DNA of 59,728 nucleotides, filler included, from Nemertoderma westbladi (Eukaryota > Animalia > Xenacoelomorpha), in assembly GCA_032718475.1 (NCBI GenBank). It is 3 parts of 3 records of this genome, joined end to end, with 100 filler letters (N's around TTAATTAATTAA, not from the genome) between each part and the next. Parts side by side here need not be neighbours in the genome. Positions count along the whole stretch, not along the records: positions 29,767 to 53,287 come from JAUCBJ010007003.1; 2 more parts are not named here. One strand, given 5' to 3'. This document shows, one piece after another, positions 34,609-49,023 of the stretch. Each line of letters starts with the position of its first letter. Within the stretch, counting starts at the first letter, position 1. The translations under genes were made by a program, and so were the position numbers. The notes beneath the pieces were generated by a model, which worked only from the letters and a program-made list of their open reading frames with translations, was not told where the DNA came from and did no database searches.

Positions 34609-36601
34609 ATGTTTGATAAGGAACCGATTGCCACATCAACCCCAAAAAAGGTAAAATTTGATGAAAATCAAGAAGCCCCAATAAAGACGTCGTTACCGTA
34701 CCCGGGGCACTTCTTGCAAATAAGTAACATTTTTGAAATTCTTCGTATCTTGAACAATAAGCATACAATTGTAGACAAAATACCTCCTGGGGAAAAGAAT
34801 AACGTTTACTTTATTATACGTAATGAGGATAACATTGAAAGACGGGAAAGGGGATTACGTAGCAATTTTTCGGATGATTGTGGGATTTGGGATAGTAGAT
34901 CGGGAAAAACTGTCAATCAGGTATTTCTTTGGAGTGATACCAGTAAGGATTTTCGTGGTGTATTTGTAAAGGATGGTCTTTACTGTATTAAAAGTGCACA
35001 AATAAAGGAAGCAGGAGATGGGAAAGGATTGCGTAAGTCAAACAGTGTATCTTATATCCCAATACAACCTCAGCCACCAGAATGTAATATAATAAAATTT
35101 CACAGGTATTACACAAAACTTCAAGTTGATCCCGCCTATAAGAAGCAAGTTACTTCAGTAATTTCGCAATGCTCAGAATTAATACATGGAGTTTGTATTG
35201 TGGAATATTGTGGCGTGTATCCAAGTTTAACAAACATTCATGGCAATTCGAAACAAGTGAATTCTGTCCCTTATATTAGAACTAATCCAGAGATCTTGAG
35301 GGTTGCGGGGGAACAGGCGGAATCAAAGGGCCCACGTACTGTATACCAAACAATGGTTAATGATAATTCAATGGAGGCGCCGAGAGACTTTCGCCAAATA
35401 CGCAACAAAAAATACAACAATAAAAGAAAACTTGCTGAAAAGAAATGCGAACAAGTATCAAGCAATTTGGCCGATGATGTATTAAGTGTTATCTCATCCA
35501 TTCATAGCGATCCTTTTGTTCAGGAAATAATACATCAAAAAAATAAGCCACCCAGTGTTATTCTATACACAGAGAAACACTGGAAGACTTTAAAAGAAAC
35601 AGCGCGAGTATTATAGGAATAGATCGGACATTTAATTTAGGTCCAGTTTTTGTTACTACTTTAGTGTATAAAAATCAAGCTTTAGCGCGCAAAGAAAATT
35701 CAGAAATTCACATTTTTTTGGGACCCATGCTTCTACATTGGGACGGCGAATTTAATACATATTTTCCATTTCTTTCACATATAAAGACGAAACTAACCAC
35801 CGATGCTAGGACAGTGGAAGTTAGAATAGGAAGCGATCAGGAAAAGGGTTTGACGAAAGCAATTAGAGTTGCTTTTCCGTCTGCAACTAACATTATTTGT
35901 AGTAAACATCTCAAAGACGATATAAGTCGATACCTAATTAATAAAGTTGGCTGCGATGGGGACGAACGCAATGCTATCTATCATAGGTATTATATTCGGT
36001 CCGAATGGTATTGCAAAAAGTTGTGATGAACATACGTTCAATACTCGTTTATTCGAGCTTATGCCCTTTTTAACAAAGTACCCAGTATTCGATAAGTACT
36101 TTGATACCCATGTGCGGGATACCTTGTATGAAAATATTTGTGTTCCACACCAAATGGGCTGTCACGAAAAACTGTGGACCAACAATAACTGCGAGTCCAT
36201 CAACAATATACTAAAGGTCACTATCAATTGGCATCCAAAGAAATTGCCAGAACTAATGAATTATCTTAGAAGAACTAATAAGACATTTACACTCAGTAAG
36301 CGATTTACAAATGAGTGACCTTAGGCGAGCCCTATATGGTACAGGTAATTACGTTTTGTCCAATAAATTTCAAAAGTTTAGAGTTTCTCGCAACGTCTGG
36401 TTGCAGAAAACTGAAGCCCAAAAAGATAAGCTGGTAATGGACTTTATCCATAAGCGACTACCATGTAGTGGATCTGGTCAACCTAAAGGGGAATCCGAAG
36501 TAATATTTTCAAAAGACAAAATATTCACGATGCCTAGAAGAAAAGGAACTGCAAAAAACCCCAACAACGCAAACGTCCCAAAAGCGAGCGCACCCGCATA
36601 A
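34609..36601 (+). pseudogene. Frameshifted Mutator-like (MULE) DDE transposase
   Basis: GIDRTFNLG (D1, ~35615-35642), IGSDQE.GL..AI..AFP (D2), CSKH (CxxH) and WTNNNCES.N (E) across four ORF pieces. Confidence 0.8.
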
Positions 36602-36619
36602 TACAAAGATGATTTATTT

Positions 36620-36985
36620 TCAGTCAGCCGAACTGACCGACCGTCTATCTAACTTAAGATGGTAGCCTACACACTGACAGACCCACCCACAGTCTGACCA
36701 ACCAACCGACTGACCGACAGACTGACCAACCAACCGACAGACTGACCATCCGACTGACCCACTGACAAACAAACTGACCGACCGACACACTGACTAACAA
36801 ACTGACCAACCGACCGAGAGACTGACGGGCAGACTGACCAACCGACCGACTGACCGATAGAGTAACTAACTCACCTACCGACAGACTCACCGACAGACTG
36901 ACCAACAGACTGACCGACAGATTGAATGACAGACTGACCAACCGACAGACTAACCAACTGACCTACCGACAGACTCACCTACCTA
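36620..36985. repeat. Degenerate (GACT/GACC/GACA)n simple repeat
   Basis: accgacagactg-type repeats. Confidence 0.9.
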
Positions 36986-38908
36986 AGAACTTATTACTAA
37001 ATGAAATAAACTGATTTCGTTATGGATATACTGTAATATACTGAAATTGTACCTCAAATTTGAGACAAAACCTCAAATTTCGCCAGTCTTTACAACATCA
37101 CCAGCCTGCCAGCAGTAGGGTGTAGCAGTAGGCTTTGCTGCTTAGTGCTTATAGAGCTTGGTGAGAATGGGTGACCAGTGTAACCTGTGACATGACATGT
37201 ATGCAGGGTAGGCTTAACCTTGTATATCAAATGAAGCCATTCCTCTCCTGACAACCTGAAGACTTATGTAATATTCGCCTGCCCTAGCTCTATCTGTCAA
37301 TTGGAATACTGTACCATCATTTCTTCCACAGTTTGGAGCCAATTTCTAGACAAATGTTGCAGCAAAGGTTGACGTGGTTTATACAATATATGTGGACTTG
37401 ATTCTTTTGTTAGTTATTCTATACCGGTATGACTGGAGACTCTAAAGTTGGAACCACTACCTACTGCAGTATACATCAATTAAAGTTCAATTTGATAATA
37501 TGCTTTAAACTTATATGTAAAGATCTAAACCTGATCCTCCATTACAACAATGTGCAACATCCTCCCAGACTATTTTAATATCCCAGCCAGACATCCAATG
37601 CAATCATGACCTGGCCATATATATAAAATTATGAAGCAAAGGCCATGCCCCGCCCATCTGCCCATGCTGCCATGTCTACATGTTCCATACATCACCTCTT
37701 CTTTATCAGGGTCATTAACATATGGAACATGCTGGACCTGGAACACAGCAGAAACATCATCATCACGTTTAGGTGATTTCAGGATTAGCAGATTAGGAGC
37801 TAGGTGCTAGGAGGGTCCCCTATTTGACACAAGTGCCAATGTTTTATTTTACTTTTTTTACCGGGAGAAAAAGTAAAATCAGTGCAAAATTATGGCTCTA
37901 TGGTACATTATTATGTGGCAATATTATTCAATATTATTGCAGGTTGCTGTGTTGCAGGTGTTGCCGACTTTGCAAAAGCTGTGCCCAACAAAAAGTTACA
38001 ATATTCAGATATTATGGGGACAACTTTTTCCCTACCAGTAGGGAAAAAAAGTAGGTCTACTACTTTTTCTCCCGATTTTAGGGCATATTCAAGCAAAAAA
38101 GTAACAATATAAAAATATAAGTTCTTTAAGCTTTGTACTTCATTTTGTATGTCTACCATCTCATCATACCACCCCACTACACCCCTACCAGTAGCCATTT
38201 TAAGTATAAGCCTTTTTAAACTAATACTGAATATGTTTTAAATATTATATTTCACAACACCAGACACTAGGCCTATAAGTTTATTTATTTACCTTTGCAA
38301 TACAGTAACAAGCTAATGCTCACTGCAAATGCCATTTCGCCGCCAATTATCGGACACCTTGCCGCAAGTCATATTAATCATTTATTTCTATATTTACAGG
38401 GAAGCTTACTAAGCCTACTTATGGCATTGTACATTATTACAATAAGAAATAAAATAATACGGTAAGGTTTGTTGCGTTCTATTATAATTAATTACTGCAT
38501 TATTATAGATATGGTAGGCCTACAGTAAGAGTATTTGAGTACGCCTAACATATTAGATTATACTGTAGTAAAACAATCCTAATCGTATGTTTGTCAAAAA
38601 TGTTGATCAGTTGTTTAAAACAAGTGTGACGTCATGAAAGGTTTCATTTAAAAAATTTATATTTAAAATTGTATGTATGCCTATGCCTACAGTATATTTC
38701 ACTTGTTCAAATTTGGAATAAAACATTTCATTGCGAATTTTATCTATCTAATAACTATTTACGTAGGTGTACATGTACGTACTCATGTACAATGCGTACA
38801 GCGTACACGTAGTTTTAGTATTGCAGTGAACTACTGATACTGATACTGATACTGACTACTGATACTACTGAACTAAGCCTATGTACGGAAACGGACGGTA
38901 TGACTAAT

Positions 38909-38992
38909 TACCCAAACGCACCCAAACGGCACCCAAACGCACCCAATCGGCACCCAAACGGCACCCAATCAGCCAATGGTACCCAAACGGCA
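38909..38992. repeat. cccaaacggca subrepeats, inverted relative to the adjacent satellite
   Basis: About 7 copies of a 10-11-bp motif complementary to tgccgtttggg. Confidence 0.85.
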
Positions 38993-39189
38993 TTAAAATT
39001 GAACTGCCGGATGAAAATTACCCTCCTATAGGGTACTCCCTGGCATTCTAAATCAGTTGAGTCAATAGGTAAACGGTGAAATTAACCGGTACCTCTGTAC
39101 CTACCAAATACCAGAATACTGAAATACGGTACCAGCAGATTGGTATGTAGAATATAGCTTACTGTCTGACTGTAAACATGCTGGCGTAT

Positions 39190-42100
39190 AAGTATGTTAG
39201 AATGCCGTTTGGGTGGCGATAGGGTATGTTAGAATGCCGTTTGTTTGAGTGGCGTTTGGGTAAGGTAGAATTCCGTTTGGGTGGCGTTTGGGTATGTTAT
39301 AATGCCGTTTGGGTAGCGTTTGAGTATGTTAGAATGCCGTTTGGGTGGCGTTTGGGTATGTTAGAATGCCGTTTGGGTGGCGTTTGGGTATGTTAGAATG
39401 CCGTTTGGGTAGCGTTTAAGTATGTTAGAATGCCGTTTGGGTGGCGTTTGGGTATGTTAGAATGCCGTTTGGGTGGCGTTTGGGTATGTTAGAATGCCGT
39501 TTGAGTGGCGTTTGGGTAAGGTAGAATGCCGTTTGGGTATGTTAGAATGCCGTTTGGGTGGCGTTTGGTTATGTTATAATGCCGTTTGGGTGGCGTTTGG
39601 GTATGTTAGAATGCCGTTTGGGTGGTGTTTGGGTATGTTAGAATGCCGTTTGGGTGGCGTTTGGGTATGTTAGAATGCCGTTTGGGTGGCGTTTGGGTAT
39701 GTTAGAATGGCGTTTGGGTGGCGTTTGGGTGGCGTTTGGGTATGTTAGAATGCCGTTTGGGTGGCGTTTGGGTATGTTAGAATGCCGTTTGGGTGGCGTT
39801 TGTGTATGTTAGAATGCCGTTTGAGTGGCGTTTGGGTAAGGTAGAATGCTGTTTGGGTGGCGTTTGAGTATGTTAGAATGCCGTTTGGGTGGCGTTTGGG
39901 TATGTTATAATGCCGTTTGGGTAGCGTTTGAGTATGTTAGAATGCCGTTTGGGTGGCGTTTGGGTATGTTAGAATGCCGTTTGGGTGGCGTTTGGGTATG
40001 TTAGAATGCCGTTTGGGTGGCGTTTGGGTATGTTAGAATGCCGTTTGGGTGGCGTTTGGGTATGTTAGAATGCCGTTTGGGTGGCGTTTGGGTATGTTAG
40101 AATGCCGTTTGGGTGGCGTTTGGGTATGTTAGAATGCCGTTTGGGTATGTTAGAATGCCGTTTGAGTGGCGTTTGGGTAAGGTTGAATGCCGTTTGGGTG
40201 GCGTTTGGCTATGTTAGAATGCCGTTTGAGTGGCGTTTGGGTAAGGTAGAATTCCGTTTGGGTATGTTAGAATGCCGTTTGGGTGGCGTTTGGGTATGTT
40301 AGAATGCCGTTTGAGTGGCGTTTGGGTAAGGTAGAATGCCGTTTGAGTGGCGTTTGGGTATGTTAGAATGCCGTTTGGGTGGCGTTTGGGTATGTTAGAA
40401 TGCCGTTTGGGTGGCGTTTGGGTATGTTAGAATGCCGTTTGGGTGGCGTTTGGGTATGTTAGAATGCCGTTTGGGTGGCGTTTGGGTATGTTATAATGCC
40501 GTTTGGGTAGCGTTTGAGTATGTTAGAATGCCGTTTGGGTGGCGTTTGGGTAAGGTAGAATGCCGTTTGAGTGGCGTTTGGGTATGTTATAATGCCGTTT
40601 GGATGGCGTTTGGGTATGTTAGAATGCCGTTTGGGTGGCGATAGGGTATGTTAGAATGCCGTTTGTTTGAGTGGCGTTTGGGTAAGGTAGAATTCCGTTT
40701 GGGTATGTTATAATGCCGTTTGGGTAGCGTTTGAGTATGTTAGAATGCCGTTTGGGTGGCGTTTGGGTATGTTAGAATGCCGTTTGGGTGGCGTTTGGGT
40801 ATGTTAGAATGCCGTTTGGGTAGCGTTTAAGTATGTTAGAATGCCGTTTGGGTGGCGTTTGGGTATGTTAGAATGCCGTTTGGGTGGCGTTTGGGTATGT
40901 TAGAATGCCGTTTGAGTGGCGTTTGGGTAAGGTAGAATGCCGTTTGGGTATGTTAGAATGCCGTTTGGGTGGCGTTTGGTTATGTTATAATGCCGTTTGG
41001 GTGGCGTTTGGGTATGTTAGAATGCCGTTTGGGTGGTGTTTGGGTATGTTAGAATGCCGTTTGGGTGGCGTTTGGGTATGTTAGAATGCCGTTTGGGTGG
41101 CGTTTGGGTATGTTAGAATGGCGTTTGGGTGGCGTTTGGGTGGCGTTTGGGTATGTTAGAATGCCGTTTGGGTGGCGTTTGGGTATGTTAGAATGCCGTT
41201 TGGGTGGCGTTTGTGTATGTTAGAATGCCGTTTGAGTGGCGTTTGGGTAAGGTAGAATGCTGTTTGGGTGGCGTTTGAGTATGTTAGAATGCCGTTTGGG
41301 TGGCGTTTGGGTATGTTATAATGCCGTTTGGGTAGCGTTTGAGTATGTTAGAATGCCGTTTGGGTGGCGTTTGGGTATGTTAGAATGCCGTTTGGGTGGC
41401 GTTTGGGTATGTTAGAATGCCGTTTGGGTGGCGTTTGGGTATGTTAGAATGCCGTTTGGGTGGCGTTTGGGTATGTTAGAATGCCGTTTGGGTGGCGTTT
41501 GGGTATGTTAGAATGCCGTTTGGGTGGCGTTTGGGTATGTTAGAATGCCGTTTGGGTATGTTAGAATGCCGTTTGAGTGGCGTTTGGGTAAGGTTGAATG
41601 CCGTTTGGGTGGCGTTTGGCTATGTTAGAATGCCGTTTGAGTGGCGTTTGGGTAAGGTAGAATTCCGTTTGGGTATGTTAGAATGCCGTTTGGGTGGCGT
41701 TTGGGTATGTTAGAATGCCGTTTGAGTGGCGTTTGGGTAAGGTAGAATGCCGTTTGAGTGGCGTTTGGGTATGTTAGAATGCCGTTTGGGTGGCGTTTGG
41801 GTATGTTAGAATGCCGTTTGGGTGGCGTTTGGGTATGTTAGAATGCCGTTTGGGTGGCGTTTGGGTATGTTAGAATGCCGTTTGGGTGGCGTTTGGGTAT
41901 GTTATAATGCCGTTTGGGTAGCGTTTGAGTATGTTAGAATGCCGTTTGGGTGGCGTTTGGGTATGTTAGAATGCCGTTTGGGTGGCGTTTGGGTATGTTA
42001 GAATGCCGTTTGGGTGGCGTTTGGGTATGTTAGAATGCCGTTTGGGTGGCGTTTGGGTATGTTAGAATGCCGCTTGGGTATGTTAGAATGGCGTTTGAGT

Positions 42101-42700
42101 GGCGTTTGGGTAAGGTTGAATGCCGTTTGGGTGGCGTTTGGCTATGTTAGAATGCCGTTTGAGTGGCGTTTGTGTAAGGTAGAATGCCGTTTGGGTATGT
42201 TAGAATGCCGTTTGGGTGGCGTTTGGGTATGTTAGAATGCCGTTTGAGTGGCGTTTGGGTAAGGTAGAATGCCGTTTGAGTGGCGTTTGGGTATGTTAGA
42301 ATGCCGTCTGGGTGGCGTTTGGGTATGTTAGAATGCCGTTTGGGTGGCGTTTGGGTATGTTAGAATGCCGTTTGGGTGGCGTTTGTGTATGTTAGAATGC
42401 CGTTTGAGTGGCGTTTGGGTAAGGTAGAATGCTGTTTGGGTGGCGTTTGAGTATGTTAGAATGCCGTTTGGGTGGCGTTTGGGTATGTTATAATGCCGTT
42501 TGGGTGGTGTTTGAGTATGTTAGAATGCCGTTTGGCTGGCGTTTGGGTATGTTAGAATGCCGTTTGACTGGCGTTTGGGTAAGGTTGAATGACGTTTTGG
42601 TGGCATTTGGGTATGTTAGAATGCCGTTTGGGTGGCGTTTGGGTATGTTAGAATGGCGTTTGGGTAAGGTAGAATGCCGTTTGGGTGGCGTTTGGGTAAG
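39190..42700 (+). repeat. 32-bp satellite array (~3.5 kb)
   Basis: Unit gggtatgttagaatgccgtttgggtggcgttt, built from 21+11-bp subunits. Confidence 0.98.
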
Positions 42701-43639
42701 ATAGACTGCATTCTTTATTATCTTTATTATGTTTCATTTATTGTATCTTTAATGTATTTATCTATAATGTTTTTCAGATTAATTTTCCAAAGTCAAACCT
42801 CCAGGAGGAGAAGAGTGATCAATTTCTGGCAAGCGTCATGGATGTTGTCAACATAGTAACCCGGAACTGCGGAATCTGGTAAAAGTTCGGATAGCGTCTC
42901 CAAAAAGTGTCCACGAATCATCGAGTCAACGATTCCTACGAGCGGAAGTCGGCGTCCTGTTTACTTTTGGTTTAGCCTATAGAAGAAGTTCAAACGATGG
43001 GTAGAAGCAATCTCAGTCCCAGTAGACTGTTGGTTGGTTCGGAATTCCAGTTGTAGTTGTCGTCTCCTGTGTTTCGGGCGATCTGCGATGTGCCGAAGTG
43101 ATGAATGAACATTTATCACTCAAAAATAAACATTGCAATTTTTGAATAAAATTACGTATAAATAATCAAGTACCAACCAACTGTTTTTCTATAAAGTGGT
43201 ACTTTATGCAGCGTGATATAAATATTTATTCTTAATATTGCCTTTCTATCCCACTCTTCAGATTTAGTTTCAGGAAATTGCAATTTTTCTCCCGGTGTGA
43301 GAAAAATAAACTTATACATCTCGGGGTAGGGGCTGGAAAAAAGTACCAATTGTTTTCCATTTAGTAAATATAGTAGTTATTTGTGTGCCTTGTTGAAATA
43401 CATAGTTAGTGTCATTGACTTTGAAATAATTTGTTGTATATATTTTCAAGCATCATTGCCGCATCATTTTGTAAAGAGAATAAAAGTGTGCAAAAGTTTC
43501 GTTTCTTGTAGGCACTTCCTATGACCAATAAATTAACATTTCTGAGCATGTACCAAATCAAAAACAAACCCATTTTCGAATTTTTTTGGTTTCATTTAAT
43601 TTCACCAGTGTTTCATTCCTCTGTAATGAAATCGATAAA

Positions 43640-45260
43640 GTTAATCATGTGATGTCCCATACTTTACCTAAAATACTGAAATTTTTAGTTTATTCACAGA
43701 GATGTAACTCAGCCTAATCACCCAGTGGAATGCAAAGCACGTTTGTGTTGCGTCATCGTATAAAACAATTAGTTTCATCTTCACTCCCTTAGAAATATCA
43801 TGGCGGCCAATTGAAAATTGTCCCATACTTTACCATTAAAATGGCGATTATATTAGTACACTGTATTAATGTAATATGTGAAGTGAAGCCAGGAGTGTTA
43901 TAATACTCTAAGGCCATAGTAGGCCGTAAGAATATGAGTCTATATTTGAACTGAGAATCATTCCTCAGTCAAGAAATCTTTGGGTTTATGCATGTAAAGT
44001 CCCATACTTTACCAAAAAATAGTGAAATTTTTAATTTATACACAGAGAAGTAGTCTAACTCAGCCCAATAACCCAGTGGAATGCAAAGCTCGTTTGTGTT
44101 GCGTCATCTTAAGAAACAATTACCTATAGTTTCATAATCTACTCCCTACAAACATCATGACGGCCAATTGAAAATTGTCCCATACTTTTACCATTTTAAT
44201 GGCGTTACATTTTAGTGCACTCTATTATTGTAATATATGAAACTTGGAGGGCATGAGTGTTATAATGCTTTAGGGTGATAGTAGGGGGAAGCAATGTATT
44301 TGAACTAAGAATCATTCCTCAGTTAACTAATCTTTGAGTTTATGCATGTAAAGTCCCGTACTTTACAACAAATTTCAAAAAATTTAGTTTTTTAGCAGAT
44401 AAGAAGATCGGTAAGTACAGTAATTGATACATTTTTAGAAAAATGGAAAGAATTTCTAAACTTTTCACAAACTACATGTGTACCAAGTTTAGTTATATTT
44501 CATCAATGATTGACGGACTTATTTCGGTTTTTATCAAAATTTTGAAACTATCGGTACCAACAGACAGACTGTCTGATATGTGACCTTTGATTCATTAAAC
44601 CTCAGATTCTTTCCACAAACTTTTGTCAGACATCATACAGTACGTACCAGGTTTGGTTTAATTTCATCTATAAATGACAAGAGTTATACAATATTAGCGA
44701 TCAAAAATTAGACAAATGACATAGAACTCCTCATGGGCACCTATATGCTAAGACTTCGGGTCAATTTGTGGGTCGCCCCACATTTTGCATCCATATCTTG
44801 GTTGGAAATACTTAGTTGTACTTTATTATCACTAATAATCCAGAAATATACTTTACCTAGCAATGTCCCATTACTTTACCACACACACCACACTGTAAAA
44901 AAAAAGCAATGCAGCAATTCGTCTGATATTTATATTTTTATTTAAGCTTAATAATACAGCTTTATCCTAAACATCAACTCAACACCGTACCTGCACACAA
45001 TTCGCTAAATTTTAGAATTGAAATCATAAAATAAAAAAAACCATTTCGTACGAATCCGTACTTTACCTTAATTGGACAAGATGGTGTTTTCTCAAAAGTG
45101 ATTAAGTCCCGCCGATAAGCTTCGCGAAATCAAAGCTGATATTCGAAAGTTCAATCCGAGCACAATTTTGTGCACATATGTGCTGTGGATAACATTGTAC
45201 AGGCAATCAAAGTTCAAAATTGTGTACGAATGTCCCGTACTTTACTTTAGAGTGAGCCTA
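43640..45260. mobile_element. Probable DNA-transposon remnant with a ~350-bp direct duplication and a recurring gtccc(a/g)tactttac motif
   Basis: Motif near 43654, 43820, 43999, 44177, 44353, 44864, 45055 and 45232. 43654-43998 resembles 43999-44352. Confidence 0.5.
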
Positions 45261-46005
45261 TTGCTCTTGAATCAGCCAACGTTGTGCTGTAATAAATACT
45301 ATTCTAGGGCATTTAATTTATTTAATGAGTAGCTACTACTAGTAAAATAGAAATCAAGTAATTAATAATCTTCAGATAAATAATATGTTCCAGAACATTG
45401 TGTATTTATTAAATACAATAAATCGCCTGCCCTGCAGGCTGCAACGGATGCAAATACCTGCATTTTTTGAACGCCGATATCTCAGCTATTTTTCATTGAC
45501 ATTAATAGTTATTAACAAATTTGGAATCCTTTCAACGACACTTTTCAATTGGTATCAACAAATCACAATAAGGACGAAGAATAATTTCAGTGCTTCTGAT
45601 GTAATGTTTAATACTTATTAAACAATAATATCTTTTAAATCGAATCAAATCAAATGTTTTTTTAATTTCTCAATAGATACTGCACAATGGAACTATAACT
45701 ATACAACGATAAACGCACAATTTATTACAGTACATGTAAATATACAGGTTGTCCCACAAAATTTGACACGGTTTGTTTTCAAATAAATCTGCTGCACCTT
45801 AATATAATTCGGGATTATTGGTATCATTAGAAAGCTAGAGTGCTAACTTAAAGAAAGAAACTTGTTGGAAACAATTACGTTGCTATGGTAACTCCCTCGG
45901 CAGTTCATAATGAATCAACGGTTTTTTTTCGAAAGGTGCATTAATAATTAATTTGAATAATTAAAATACAGTAATTAGGATGATTTTAACAATAAAATTA
46001 CACAT

Positions 46006-46140
46006 TGTACGATAAATAAAACACGTTATTTACCTTTTCGCCCCTCGATCCGACTTATTTACCTTCCTCGCTTCGCTCGGCCGGTAAATAACAGATTTCG
46101 GGACGAACGGTAAATAAAGCATATTTTATTTACCGTACAA
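46006..46140. repeat. Imperfect ~135-bp palindrome with a cctcgcttcgctcgg core
   Basis: ttgtacgataaataaaa...ttttatttaccgtacaa arms. Same style of hairpin as 18487-18620. Confidence 0.65.
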
Positions 46141-46810
46141 TAAATAGTTAATATTTTAGCCTATTGCAGTAATAGACTAACCAAATAATTTGTCAAAAAA
46201 GTATTTCTACAGTAGTACTGTAGAACAGAAACTACGTAATACTTTAAAAAAATACGATACCAAAAATAGAAAAGCAATAAGAATAACTATTTATATCACG
46301 CTGCATAAAGTACCACTTTATAGGAAAACAGTTGGTACTTGAGTATTTATACGTATAATTTTATTCAAAAATTGTAATGTTTATTTTTGAGTGATAAATG
46401 TTCATTCATCACTTCGGCACATCGCAGATCGCCCGAAACACAGGAGACGACAACTACAACTGGAATTCCGAACCAACCAACAGTCTACTGGGACTGTGAT
46501 TGCTTCTACCCATCGTTTGAACTTCTTCTATAGGCTAAACCATAAGTAAACAGGACGCCGACTTCCGCTCGTAGGAATCGTTGACTCGGTGATTCGTGGA
46601 CACTTTTTGGAGACGCTATCCGAACTTTTACCAGATTCCGCAGTTCCGGGTTACTATGTTGACAACATCCATGACGCTCGCCAGAAATTGATCACACTTC
46701 TCCTCCTGGAGTTTTGACGTGGGAAAATTAATCTGAAAAACATTATAGATAAATACATTAAAGATACAATAAATGAAACATAATAAAGATAATAAAGAAT
46801 GCAGTCTATC

Positions 46811-48435
46811 TTACCCAAACGCCACCCAAACGGCATTCTACCTTACCCAAACGCCTTTCTAACATACCCAAACGCTACCCAAACGGCATTCCAACATACC
46901 CAAACGCCATCCAAACGGCATTCTACCTTACCCAAACGGCACTCAAACGGCATTCTAACATACCCAAACGCCACCCAAACGGCATTCTAACATATCCAAA
47001 CGCCACCCAAACGGCATTCTAACATACCCAAACGCCACCCAAACGGCATTCTAACATACCCAAACGCCATCCAAACGGCATTATAACATACCCAAACGCC
47101 ATCCAAACGGCATTATAACATACCCAAACGCCACTCAAACGGCATTCTACCTTACCCAAACGCCACTCAAACGGAATTCTAACATACCCAAACTCCACCC
47201 AAACGGCATTCTAACATACCCAATCGCCACCCAAACGGGATTCTACCTTACCCAAACGGCACTCAAACGGCATTCTAACATACCCAAACGCCACCCAAAC
47301 GGCATTCTAACATATCAAACGCCACCCAAACGGCATTCTAACATATCCAAACGCCACCCAAACGGCATTCTAACATACCAAAACGCCATCCAAACGGCAT
47401 TATAACATACCCAAACGCCACTCAAACGGCATTCTACCTTACCCAAACGGCATTCTACCTTACCCAAACGCCACTCAAACGGCATTCTAACATACCCAAA
47501 CGCCACTCAAACGGCATTCTAACATACCCAAACGCCACCCAAACGGCATTCTAACATACCCAAACGCCATCCAAACGGCATTATAACATACCCAAACGCC
47601 ACTCAAACGGCATTCTACCTTACCCAAACGCCACCCAAACGGCATTCTACCTTACCCAAACGCCACTCAAACGGCATTCTAACATACCCAAACGCCACTC
47701 AAACGGCATTCTAACATACACAAACGCCACCCAAACGGCATTCTAACATAGCCAAACGCCACCCAAACGGCATTATAATATTCCCAAACGCCACCCAAAC
47801 GGCATTCTAACATACCCAAACTCCACCCAAACGGCATTCTAACATACCCAATCGCCACCCAAACGGCATTCTAACATACCCAAACGCCACCCAAACGGCA
47901 TTCTACCTTACCCAAACGCCACTCAAACGGCATTCTAACATACCCAAACGCCACTCAAACGGCATTCTAACATACACAAACTCCACCCAAACGGCATTCT
48001 AACATACCCAATCGCCACCCAAACGGCATTCTACCTTACCCAAACGCCACTCAAACGGCATTCTAACATATCCAAACGCCACTCAAACGGCATTCTACCT
48101 TACCCAAACGCCACTCAAACGGCATTCTAACCTACCCAAACTCCACCCAAACGGCATTCTAACATACCCAATCGCCACCCAAACGGCATTCTAACATACC
48201 CAAACGCCACCCATACGGCATTCTACCTTACCCAAACGCCACTCAAACGGCATTCTAACATACCCAAACGCCACTCAAACGGCATTCTAACATACACAAA
48301 CGCCACCCAAACGGCATTCTAACATACCCAAACGCCACCCAAACGGCATTATAATATTCCCAAACGCCACCCAAACGACATTCTACCATACCCAAACGCC
48401 ACCCAAACGGCAGTCTAACATACCCAAACGCCAAA
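46811..48435 (-). repeat. 32-bp satellite array, inverted copy (~1.6 kb)
   Basis: aaacgccacccaaacggcattctaacataccc units. Confidence 0.98.
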
Positions 48436-49023
48436 CGTCTATTGTTTATTTTTGCCTTTTCCAAAAAAAAAAACCTTGATATAACGTTTATTGTTTTGGC
48501 TAGAAAAGCCCGCCCATGTAACCTGATCCTTTACTTTATTATAAGAATCGGTAATAGGCTTGTCGGTAGTCGCATCGCAACATTTACAACCGCAATTGCA
48601 TTTAACATTTCAGTGGCTAACAGTTTACAGTACAGTCAGACAGTAAAGCCATTCTACATACCAGTCTGCCGGTACTACTGTATTTCAGTATTTGGTAGGT
48701 ACCGGTTAATTTCACCGTTTACTGTTGGGAAATTGTGTGAGACATATAGTAGGCCATGCCACTGGGATAGTACGGTAGTACAAGAAAGGAAAAACTACAG
48801 TACAGTACTAGTGTTGCTGTATCAGGTGTAGGCCTACCGGTTGGACAGGTACGGTAGGTAGGAGGTTGTGCAGTTGTCAGTTGTGTTAGGTCTGTGTGCA
48901 GTTCTGTAACTTGACTGTCAGCTATTATACTATATTATTGAGTTACTGGATTATCTATAACTGTTTATATATCTTCAACAAGTTAACCGGGCTATACTGA
49001 TCTATTGTTTAACCTAAATCGTT

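Larger units (their letters stand above)
39069..48722. repeat. Large inverted repeat: arms 39069-~43250 and ~46266-48722 around a ~3-kb spacer
   Basis: Unique flanks match in inversion (39069-39175 vs 48625-48722; 42700-43250 vs 46266-46810). Each arm encloses the same satellite in opposite orientation. Confidence 0.9.

Noticed and set aside
37530-37760. Possible CR1-type 3' remnant (FFIRVINIWNML)
   Set aside because: Too degraded to delimit with confidence.
39190-48435. 32-bp arrays as CRISPR, telomeric repeat or coding sequence
   Set aside because: Head-to-tail units without unique spacers, no cas genes, eukaryotic context. The ORFs are repeat translations.
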